Below, one piece after another: positions 31,234 through 38,125 of a stretch of 45,316 nucleotides of DNA. Source of the stretch: a virus. The DNA is taken from positions 1 to 45,316 of the IMG/VR virus record IMGVR_UViG_3300045988_128825; one strand, given 5' to 3'. Numbering within the stretch: position 1 is the first letter of the stretch; every line of letters starts with the position of its first letter. Under the pieces are notes generated by a model that searched no databases, was not told the origin of the DNA, and saw nothing but the letters and a program-made list of their open reading frames with translations. Both the position numbers and the translations under genes were made by a program.

Positions 31234-32721
31234 ATGACGGTACAGAATACGACAGTTAAAGATATTTATGTTGGTAATGGAGCGACAACGAAATTCCCAA
31301 TAACATTTCAGATGACGGATCATCCTGAATATATAAAAGTATATATTACAGGTGATGATAGCGTTGCCGTAGAAACGGAGAATTTTTCTGTTGATCTTGG
31401 AGCTAAAACAGTTACTTATCCAGCTAATGGAGATCCGCTGCCTGATGGTCACAAAATAACTATTTATCGTGAGCTGCCATTGTATCAGCTAATGAACCTG
31501 GTTAATCAAGGTCCGTTTTTTGCAGAGAATATTGAATTGTCTTTTGACGATCTAACTTTTATATGTCAGCAATTAAATGAAAAATTGAATAGGACATTAT
31601 CTGCTGGTATTGATGTAAGTAATTTTAATAATACTTTTCCGGTAAAGGCTGGAATGAGTTTTAGAATCAATGATGCTGGTGATGGGCTTGTGCTGACGGA
31701 GGACCCTGCGAGAGTGTTACCTTTAGCTAAAGATGTATTAGAGCAAACGAAACAGGTCAAAGAGAGCGCCGTTAACGAAACAACAAATATTAAAAATACT
31801 GCAATCGAAGAGCTGACCGCTATAAAAGATGCTGCAGTAAATGAGACTACGGAAATAAAGGACGAAGCTGTTGCTGCTAAAAATACCGCTGTTGAAGCTG
31901 CTACTACTGCGGCAGAAGATGCTGCGCAGAAAACAGTTGAGAATATTACTACTGAAATAGATAGTAAAGTCGCTGCTGCCGAGGATTCTAAAAAGGCTGC
32001 GGCTCAATCTGCTTCAAGTGCTGCGGATAGTATGAAAGCTGCGCAAACTTCAAAAGAAGCTGCAGAAGCAAGTGCTAATAGCGCTTCTAGCTCAGCAACT
32101 ACAGCTACAGAGCAGGCAGACAGAGCGCAGGGTATTGCTGATAGCTTAGAAGGTTTAGCTGGTATTACTGGTATAGCGACAACAGAGGAAGCTATTGCTG
32201 GTGTAGTTGATAACAAAGCAATGACGCCTTTAAAGGTAAAATCAGCAATAGAAGCACAAGTTCCAATTCAAACAATAATTAATTTAATTTATCCTGTAGG
32301 CAGTATCTATTCGTCTACAAATTCGACATCACCTGCTGATCTTTTTGGCGGCACATGGGATGCAATGCCTGCTGGACGTGTATTACTCGCACAGGGAACA
32401 TCAGAATGGGGCGGAGAATATAAAGCCGGCAGTACCGGTGGTACAGAAGCAGAAACACTAACGATTGAGCAAATACCGTCGCACAATCACGATGCCGCTA
32501 CGAATTCAACTGGTGCACATACGCACAACATCACTGTTGGTTATGATGTATCAGACGGTACCGGTTGGGGAAAATATCTGCCTGGATCTAATAATAAGCT
32601 AACAACGAATTCAACTGGTACACATTCACATACAGTTAATATCAGTAATAGTGGCGGCGGGGAATCTCATAATAATATGCAGCCATATATAGCGGTCTAT
32701 ATATGGATGCGCACGGCATAA
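31234..32721 (+). CDS. Tail fibre with C-terminal phage tail-collar-type domain
   Basis: MTVQNTTVKDIYVGNGATTKFPITF N-terminus, Ala/Glu/Thr coiled region, C-terminus GSIYSS..FGGTWDAMPAGRVLLAQG..LTIEQIPSHNH..HTHN..HSHT..NMQPYIAVYIWMRTA. Confidence 0.85.
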   Translation: MTVQNTTVKDIYVGNGATTKFPITFQMTDHPEYIKVYITGDDSVAVETENFSVDLGAKTVTYPANGDPLPDGHKITIYRELPLYQLMNLVNQGPFFAENIELSFDDLTFICQQLNEKLNRTLSAGIDVSNFNNTFPVKAGMSFRINDAGDGLVLTEDPARVLPLAKDVLEQTKQVKESAVNETTNIKNTAIEELTAIKDAAVNETTEIKDEAVAAKNTAVEAATTAAEDAAQKTVENITTEIDSKVAAAEDSKKAAAQSASSAADSMKAAQTSKEAAEASANSASSSATTATEQADRAQGIADSLEGLAGITGIATTEEAIAGVVDNKAMTPLKVKSAIEAQVPIQTIINLIYPVGSIYSSTNSTSPADLFGGTWDAMPAGRVLLAQGTSEWGGEYKAGSTGGTEAETLTIEQIPSHNHDAATNSTGAHTHNITVGYDVSDGTGWGKYLPGSNNKLTTNSTGTHSHTVNISNSGGGESHNNMQPYIAVYIWMRTA

Positions 32722-32733
32722 GGGGGATGAACA

Positions 32734-33381
32734 ATGCAAGATTTAATTGTTTATGACGGAAGTCAAGTCATTGTGCAGGCTAACGGAAAAACATATCAAG
32801 AAACAAAAGAAAAGTTCTTTGCTGATTACGGTAAAGCAGTAAATTATCAAACTATTGATTATAATCGAGTAACGCAAGCCTGTTGGTTAAATGGAAAAGC
32901 ATTTCAATCCTACCCGAACACAGTATGCGAGGATATTTTAAATAGCATTGATAAATTGCTGGAAAAGCAGGAGAAACGTGAATATACAGTATTTACACTT
33001 GAAGAAATGAAAATAGAAAAAATAGCAGAAGTAAATACTTGGACTGCTACTAAAATTACTGGTGGTTTTATTTCTCAATGTACTGGTAAGCCTGTGAGGT
33101 ATGATAGCGACAGAGATACTCAACTTACGATGCAGGGAATTGCACTGAATGTCAGCACAGAACGTTTTGCAAACGAATATCCTTTGGGATGTCCAGTCCG
33201 GGGCTATAAAGAAGGGGAAACTGAAAAAACAATACAGTATCTTAACGCTGCTCAGGTATATTCCTGGTGTGCTGATTTATCGTCTCATATAGGTGCTTGC
33301 AAGCAGCAAGGATGGATTAAACAGGCACAAGTAGAGGCAGCGTTAAGCAAAGAGGATTTGGACGCTATTATATTAGATTAG
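32734..33381 (+). CDS. Tail-fibre-associated protein (assembly/chaperone, putative)
   Basis: 215 aa directly after the fibre gene; function inferred from position only. Confidence 0.4.
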   Translation: MQDLIVYDGSQVIVQANGKTYQETKEKFFADYGKAVNYQTIDYNRVTQACWLNGKAFQSYPNTVCEDILNSIDKLLEKQEKREYTVFTLEEMKIEKIAEVNTWTATKITGGFISQCTGKPVRYDSDRDTQLTMQGIALNVSTERFANEYPLGCPVRGYKEGETEKTIQYLNAAQVYSWCADLSSHIGACKQQGWIKQAQVEAALSKEDLDAIILD

Positions 33382-33392
33382 GCGGTGCAAAG

Positions 33393-33692
33393 ATGGTTGA
33401 GATGGCAATGGCTTCTATAACAATCTTTAGCTTTTTATTTGGCATAGTAGGTTTTGTATTTAAGATTTGGATAATAAATCCTTTGTCTACGGCGATAGAG
33501 AACCTGCAAAAGACTGTTGACGCTTTAGCTAAGACTATTAATAGGGAGCAAGAACGTACAACAGATTTAAAAATAAAATTTGCTGAGATTGATCAGAGGG
33601 CAAAATCTGCACATAACAGAATTGACGAAGTTGGTGAACGGTTATTGCTGGTAGAAAACAAATGTAATAACTGTTCATGTAAGGATAAGTGA
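33393..33692 (+). CDS. N-terminal TM + coiled-coil protein of the lysis cassette
   Basis: ITIFSFLFGIVGFVFKIWII then helical region, CNNCSC near the C-terminus. Confidence 0.5.
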   Translation: MVEMAMASITIFSFLFGIVGFVFKIWIINPLSTAIENLQKTVDALAKTINREQERTTDLKIKFAEIDQRAKSAHNRIDEVGERLLLVENKCNNCSCKDK

Positions 33693-34036
33693 TATTTATG
33701 TTTGAGAAAATAAAAAACTTAATAGTGAGTGCCAGAAACAAAGTAGCCTCAATGTCGCCAAAAATAATGGCTGTCATTGTAGGCTATTTTATTGCAGTCG
33801 TTTTGCTGGTACTGACCTATTACGCTGCGTGGATGTATATGTGGTTGTGGTTGGATAAGATTGTTATGTCTGATCTTCTAGCACTGATAAGAGAGGTTAT
33901 AGGACCGGCTATGGTTGCATTTGTCACTTTCATAGCTACGAGTTTAGTAGATAAAAACGGGGACGGTGTCCCTGATCCATTTGAAAAGGAGGCAGAGAAT
34001 AATGGGGACAGTAACAAAAAGAATCACTTTAGATGA
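33689..34036 (+). CDS. Holin (putative)
   Basis: Two or three hydrophobic segments (IMAVIVGYFIAVVLLVLTYYAAWMYMWLWL, GPAMVAFVTFIATSLV) and charged C-terminus; immediately precedes the endolysin; start GTG 33689 or ATG 33698. Confidence 0.6.
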   Translation: MIFMFEKIKNLIVSARNKVASMSPKIMAVIVGYFIAVVLLVLTYYAAWMYMWLWLDKIVMSDLLALIREVIGPAMVAFVTFIATSLVDKNGDGVPDPFEKEAENNGDSNKKNHFR

Positions 34037-34547
34037 GCTACGGCAGTTAGCAGCAAGGGCTAGAGGTAATATTGATAAGATTTATCTACATTGGTCAGCT
34101 GGTTATTATCACCAGTTTTTTAGTGACTATCACCTAAACATTGACAGCGACGGCGCTGTTATGGCGACAACAGAAGATTTAACTGAATATAAGGCACATA
34201 CATGGCGGCGCAATACAGGGGCTGTGGGTATCGCTTTAGCGTGCTGTGTAGATGCTGTAGCTTATGCTGATGGTCGTGTCGACTTCGGCAACGTGCCACC
34301 GACAGAGTTACAGATAGATAGTATGGCAAAAGTTGTAGCTGTACTGTGTGAGGAGCTTGGATTGGACATTAATGCCGATACCGTAATGACACATGCAGAA
34401 GCAGCAGACTTAGATGACTACGGCCCGGCAACTACTTTTGAACGCTGGGACTTGTGGAAATTGCCAGATGTGCCAGGCGACGGAGAACTGAAACCAGGCG
34501 GTGATGTTATTCGCGGTAAGGCTATCTGGTGGCATCATAATTGGTAA
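34002..34547 (+). CDS. Endolysin, N-acetylmuramoyl-L-alanine amidase (amidase_2/PGRP type)
   Basis: ATG 34002 after AAGGAGG; IYLHWSAGYYHQF...HTWRRNTGAVGIALACC...THAEAADLD fits the amidase_2 pattern. Confidence 0.7.
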   Translation: MGTVTKRITLDELRQLAARARGNIDKIYLHWSAGYYHQFFSDYHLNIDSDGAVMATTEDLTEYKAHTWRRNTGAVGIALACCVDAVAYADGRVDFGNVPPTELQIDSMAKVVAVLCEELGLDINADTVMTHAEAADLDDYGPATTFERWDLWKLPDVPGDGELKPGGDVIRGKAIWWHHNW

Positions 34548-34571
34548 AGATTGTATAAGGAGGTGACTAAT

Positions 34572-34652
34572 ATGGAAAAACAGCGTATTTTGATTTGGGC
34601 TGGTATTGCTCTTGCGATTTTGGTAGGGTGCATTACTTATTACAATCTGTAA
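34572..34652 (+). CDS. 26-aa peptide with TM/lipobox-like LVGC
   Basis: TAAGGAGGTGA SD; MEKQRILIWAGIALAILVGCITYYNL. Confidence 0.45.
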   Translation: MEKQRILIWAGIALAILVGCITYYNL

Positions 34653-34694
34653 GATAAAACCCAGCCACAGAATTAGCCTGTGCGTTGTTTTATC
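34653..34694 (+). terminator. Nested hairpin closing the lysis operon (weak U-run)
   Basis: GATAAAAC 34653-34660 / GTTTTATC 34687-34694 with inner CACAG/CTGTG. Confidence 0.4.
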
Positions 34695-34795
34695 TCTAAA
34701 ATACTAGGAAATATAAGTGGGAGTATAGAAAACGGCGCACAGGTTGATTATATTGAAAATAGAATTATCTTAATGATAATGAAATAAAATTTAAT

Positions 34796-35203
34796 TTGAA
34801 AGAAGGGCAGAAAGTGAATGAAGAAAAACAAATCAGGTATAGCAAGTATCTTGTTATTAGTTTTGCCCTTAGTGCTGTGCTTATCATTTTCTTTAAATTG
34901 TTTTGCGGAGGAACTTCCGGAAACAATAACGATGTCCAGGGAACAGTTCAACGAATTGCAGACGATAATAAACAGACAGGAAAATCTGTTGATAGGGCTA
35001 TCGAACACGTTGGAACTGCAGCAGATGAACTCGAACGAGCTGAAGAAGCTAATCGAAGAGCAGCGTTTATCTTATCAGAAGATAAGGAGCGAGCTAATGC
35101 TTGCGCAGGAATCATTGTCGAACTCCAAAAAAACAATAGCAGAGCAAAACAAATCCTTGCAGACGTTGAGCGTTCAAATGAAACAGGAGAAGTCCAGAAG
35201 TGA
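34796..35203 (+). CDS. Alternative-frame ORF fully overlapping 34818..35279 (N-terminal TM + charged helical region)
   Basis: 135 codons open in the -1 frame relative to 34818; YLVISFALSAVLIIFFKLF then ...VDRAIEHVGTAADELERAEEANRRAA...; G-rich first and A/T-rich third codon positions like the rest of the genome. Confidence 0.35.
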   Translation: MKEGQKVNEEKQIRYSKYLVISFALSAVLIIFFKLFCGGTSGNNNDVQGTVQRIADDNKQTGKSVDRAIEHVGTAADELERAEEANRRAAFILSEDKERANACAGIIVELQKNNSRAKQILADVERSNETGEVQK

Positions 35204-35279
35204 ATTAAAGCAGAGGCAGAAGGCCTTTTGGGGATTTGCAGGAGGGGTATTAGTAGGAGCTATAGCAGCGAGCAGGTGA
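34818..35279 (+). CDS. Signal-peptide + coiled-coil + C-terminal TM protein (153 aa)
   Basis: MKKNKSGIASILLLVLPLVLCLSFSLNCFA/EE..., heptad-like Leu/Gln region, C-terminal FWGFAGGVLVGAIAA; ends 4 nt before the next gene. Confidence 0.55.
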   Translation: MKKNKSGIASILLLVLPLVLCLSFSLNCFAEELPETITMSREQFNELQTIINRQENLLIGLSNTLELQQMNSNELKKLIEEQRLSYQKIRSELMLAQESLSNSKKTIAEQNKSLQTLSVQMKQEKSRSELKQRQKAFWGFAGGVLVGAIAASR

Positions 35280-35283
35280 TTAT

Positions 35284-35526
35284 ATGGATACTTGCCGTTT
35301 GCAGGCAAGAGATTGGCTTTCGCAGTCCACACGAAAGGAATTTGAAGCAATCATTTCAGAAGCTAAACTAACGCCGCGGCAAATAGAAATTATAGAACTC
35401 AAATTTATTCACGATCTTAAAAACTATCAAATAGCAATGAAAATAGATACGTCAGTGCAAACGGTCGAAAGAGATCTGCAGCAGGCATATAATTCGGTCA
35501 AGAAAGCATTACAGGCAGTCACATAA
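35284..35526 (+). CDS. 80-aa sigma-70 region-4-like HTH protein
   Basis: LTPRQIEIIELKFIHDLKNYQIAMKIDTSVQTVERDLQQAYNSVKKAL resembles sigma region 4 / LuxR-type HTH. Confidence 0.6.
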   Translation: MDTCRLQARDWLSQSTRKEFEAIISEAKLTPRQIEIIELKFIHDLKNYQIAMKIDTSVQTVERDLQQAYNSVKKALQAVT

Positions 35527-35550
35527 TATTGTGGCTGCCTTATTTTTTAT
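35513..35550 (+). terminator. Intrinsic terminator
   Basis: AGGCAGTCACA-TAATAT-TGTGGCTGCCT + TATTTTTTAT. Confidence 0.75.
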
Positions 35551-35638
35551 GCCTATATTAGGGAATTATGAGGGAATGTTGACGGATTATAAGAGCTGAT
35601 TTAGGCGACAATATAAGTAAGAAACGGAGGCGATAACA

Positions 35639-36187
35639 ATGTATGTAAATCCTTATGCTCCTGTTAATCCAGCAATGATGGGAGTAACTCAGCAACGTTT
35701 AAATAATTATCAAGCTCAAATGCCGCAGATACCGGCATATCAGCAACAGCAGTTTGTTCCACAACCGCCTATGCCCCTGATGATGAAAGGGCGTACAGTT
35801 GCAAGTTTAGACGAAGTAAAGGCTGCCCAAATTGATTTAGATGGAAGCCTGACATATTTCCCTTGTCCGGCCGATAATTGTATTTACGCAAAAGCTATTG
35901 ATATGAATGGTATGCCGGTTATCCAAACTTATAAACTTTCGTTTGAAAAAGAGGCTATACCTAAACGTTATGCCGATGCAGAAGTAGTAGAGGCCCTGCA
36001 GCAAAAAGTAAGCTCATTAGAGCGTTATATGAATATGAAAGGGGAGAATATAAATGCAAATGAATCCGTTCACAATGATGCAAATATTCAATCAGCTTCG
36101 CAGCAACCCAAACCCGATGGAAGCAATGCAGAAAATGCTGGGGAACAATCCCCTGTTTGGGCGCGCAATGGAAATGGCGCAAGGTAA
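35639..36187 (+). CDS. 182-aa protein with Gln/Pro/Met-rich N-terminus, function unknown
   Basis: MYVNPYAPVNPAMMGVTQQRLNNYQAQMPQIPAYQQQQFVPQPPMP... then globular-looking GRTVASLDEVKAAQIDLDGSLTYFPCPADNCIYAKAIDMNGMPVIQTYKL; last 134 nt overlap the next gene. Confidence 0.55.
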   Translation: MYVNPYAPVNPAMMGVTQQRLNNYQAQMPQIPAYQQQQFVPQPPMPLMMKGRTVASLDEVKAAQIDLDGSLTYFPCPADNCIYAKAIDMNGMPVIQTYKLSFEKEAIPKRYADAEVVEALQQKVSSLERYMNMKGENINANESVHNDANIQSASQQPKPDGSNAENAGEQSPVWARNGNGAR

Positions 36188-36293
36188 GTCTCCAGAACAG
36201 TTAAAAGAAACTGTTATGAATCTCGCCCAGCAACGTGGTATTGATCCTCAACAGGCTCAACAGCTTTTATCGCAATTTGGTATTAAAATCTGA
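36054..36293 (+). CDS. 79-aa helical protein, function unknown
   Basis: AAAGGGGAG SD 7 nt upstream; in-frame TAA immediately before ATG; MQMNPFTMMQIFNQLRSNPNPMEAMQKMLGNNPLFGRAMEMAQGKSPEQLK... Confidence 0.6.
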   Translation: MQMNPFTMMQIFNQLRSNPNPMEAMQKMLGNNPLFGRAMEMAQGKSPEQLKETVMNLAQQRGIDPQQAQQLLSQFGIKI

Positions 36294-36344
36294 CCGGTGG
36301 CCACCAAAGGATTTTAAACAATAAATCTAAAGGAGATGTTCTAT

Positions 36345-36977
36345 ATGACTATGGAAGGTACTGGCGTAATGCCTGTATACGATTTGAATAACCGTACCGC
36401 AGCAGCAGACGGCGCAGGTTTTGGCGGCGGCTGGATGTGGGTAGTAATGTTATTCTTTCTGCTTGCCTGGGGCGGCGGTGGATTCGGTGGTTTCGGAGGC
36501 GGCGCCAATGGTGCTGTAAATACTTTGACTAATGAATTTCTCTATACCAATCTGAATAATACTTTAAATCAAGGTTTTACTCAAGTAGCAAACCAGAGCT
36601 TTGGCATTCAAAAAGACCTGTGTCAAGGTTTTAGCGGTGTACAATCTGCTATTGCTGAAAGCCGTTTTGCCGCTCAGCAATGCTGCTGCGAAACCAATCG
36701 TAACATTGATGCGGTTCGTGCAGAAAACTACAAGAACACTTGTGAGATCACGACTGCAATTCATGCAGAAGGTGAAGCAACTCGTGCTTTGATTACTGCT
36801 AACGTAATGCAGGAATTGCGCGATCAGCTACAAGCTGCTCAACTGCAACTTGGTAACGTTGCTCAAACTACCAACATTATCAACGCAGTACGCCCGTTCC
36901 CGCAACCGGCTTATATCACTTGTAGCCCTTATACGGCTATGAATGGCTATGGCTGCAACGGCTGTGGTAACTGCTAA
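36345..36977 (+). CDS. Membrane protein: poly-Gly-flanked TM, helical region with CCC, C-terminal GYGCNGCGNC
   Basis: ATG 36345 after AAAGGAG; GFGGGWMWVVMLFFLLAWGGGGFGGFGGG; QQCCCETNRNIDAVRAENYKNTCEITTAIHAEGE; function unknown. Confidence 0.65.
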   Translation: MTMEGTGVMPVYDLNNRTAAADGAGFGGGWMWVVMLFFLLAWGGGGFGGFGGGANGAVNTLTNEFLYTNLNNTLNQGFTQVANQSFGIQKDLCQGFSGVQSAIAESRFAAQQCCCETNRNIDAVRAENYKNTCEITTAIHAEGEATRALITANVMQELRDQLQAAQLQLGNVAQTTNIINAVRPFPQPAYITCSPYTAMNGYGCNGCGNC

Positions 36978-37000
36978 TATCCGCTGAATGCGTGACTAAG

Positions 37001-37036
37001 AAACAGGGGAGCTGTCACGCTTCCCTGTTTTAATTT
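37001..37036 (+). terminator. Intrinsic terminator
   Basis: AAACAGGGGAG / CTTCCCTGTTT (11 bp incl. one G-T) + TTTTAATTT. Confidence 0.7.
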
Positions 37037-37053
37037 AAGGAGATGAATTATAA

Positions 37054-37405
37054 ATGGCAACTTGTAATTGCAGAACTATATTGACCACGTAGGATAGCGC
37101 AGGATATTCCTTCTACTGCTACAAATCTTATGCCAGTAGTTATTAAAATCGGTACTGGTGCTACTTTGTATAATGTAAATCGTAAATGCGGACATCATTT
37201 ATATGCAAATCAGGTAAGAACGCGCCGTAATTATTCTTTGCTGGTAGCTGCTGACAGTGCAACCTTTGTTCTTGAATGCGGCTATATTGCTGCCTGCAAT
37301 TGTGGTACTGTAACCGGACTGCCTGTAGCAACAGCAGAACCTGCAGAAGATAATACTGAAGTTCAGACCGTAAAAAATACTAAGGCGGTGAGCAAGGATG
37401 CATAA
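37054..37405 (+). pseudogene. Cys-pair protein (about 116 aa if joined) interrupted after codon 12 by TAG and a +1 frame change
   Basis: AAGGAG SD, ATG 37054, MATCNCRTILTT then TAG 37090; frame +1 is open from 37085 (PRRIAQDIPSTATNLMPVVIKIGTGATLYNVN...YIAACNCGTV...); ATG 37130 of the track ORF has no SD. Confidence 0.45.
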
Positions 37406-37859
37406 GTACGAAGATTATATTGATATCGTGGACGGCGATGAAATGAAAGAAGATGAAATAGATTGTATCGTCTGTGGAGCTTTGGAAAAACTTAAAGCAC
37501 ACGATGAAGATGATTATGAAGCTGTAATGATGAAAATTCATTGCGTAGCTCATGGACCACACTTCGATGAGCATCTTGCTAAAAAAGCCGTTTCGGAAAT
37601 GAAAAATGTTGACGGCACTGCTGGCGAGCATTGGACGTTAGAAGAAACAACCCGTGTCATGGATCAAAATGGTATTAAAGCCAATAAGTATGATTGGTAT
37701 TACTTATTGAATATGTTACATAGCGATTATTCTCACCTATGGGGAGAAGATGTTGCTCAGTATGTTAAATTTGCTAAAGCGTACATCAATGATCCTGATG
37801 CTGGTACAGGTAAGGTATTTTATCTGTGGAGAGCTGGGAAGCATCATCATCATAAATAA
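37398..37859 (+). CDS. 153-aa putative metal-binding protein ending in HHHHK
   Basis: CIVC...HCVAHGPHF...GEHWTLEETT...DWYYLLNMLHSDY...GKHHHHK; function unknown. Confidence 0.65.
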   Translation: MHKYEDYIDIVDGDEMKEDEIDCIVCGALEKLKAHDEDDYEAVMMKIHCVAHGPHFDEHLAKKAVSEMKNVDGTAGEHWTLEETTRVMDQNGIKANKYDWYYLLNMLHSDYSHLWGEDVAQYVKFAKAYINDPDAGTGKVFYLWRAGKHHHHK

Positions 37860-37870
37860 AGATTGCATAA

Positions 37871-37904
37871 AATAACCTCCCCAATTATGAGGAGGTTATT
37901 TTGC
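37871..37904 (+). terminator. Hairpin terminator closing the accessory cassette
   Basis: AATAACCTCC / GGAGGTTATT perfect 10-bp stem, then TTTG. Confidence 0.6.
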
Positions 37905-38122
37905 ATTCGTCAAAAATTCGTCAAAAATAAGTTGCAGAAAGGTGTTAAAACCTGTATTTTAATTGTGACGTTAATATGTCATAAATGGCATAATAGCTAC
38001 ATTCTTCTGGAATTGGCTATAATTGTTTCATTAAATAGCACTTTATGATATAATATTATAATTGCCAAAGAACGACTTGTAAAGCGGGATTTATACAAAT
38101 TCGTCAAAAATTCGTCAAAAAT
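37905..38122. repeat. Candidate attP: two identical 24-nt direct repeats (each a doublet of TTCGTCAAAAA) bracketing a 170-bp A+T-rich core, next to the integrase gene
   Basis: ATTCGTCAAAAATTCGTCAAAAAT at 37905-37928 and 38099-38122; integrase stop at 38126. Confidence 0.55.
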
Positions 38123-38125
38123 TTT

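Noticed and set aside
31234-32721. Diversity-generating retroelement targeting the tail fibre (as in BPP-1-type podoviruses)
   Set aside because: There is no reverse transcriptase ORF anywhere in the window. No template or variable repeat pair is detectable near the fibre C-terminus.
34818-35279. Unimolecular spanin (T1 gp11-like) call for the 153-aa protein
   Set aside because: The topology is suggestive, with an N-terminal signal and a C-terminal TM segment. However, neither LVLC nor SLNC is a canonical lipobox. The gene also has its own promoter-like region after a hairpin. The call is kept only as a hypothesis.
37090-37092. TAG read-through or recoding (for example pyrrolysine) to explain the interrupted gene
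   Set aside because: Reading through TAG in the same frame hits TAA 17 codons later. That path never reaches the conserved-looking downstream sequence, which is in the +1 frame.
37863-38048. 61-aa ORF between the cassette terminator and the integrase
   Set aside because: It starts inside a terminator hairpin, has no SD, and lies across the repeat-flanked A+T-rich region interpreted as attP.
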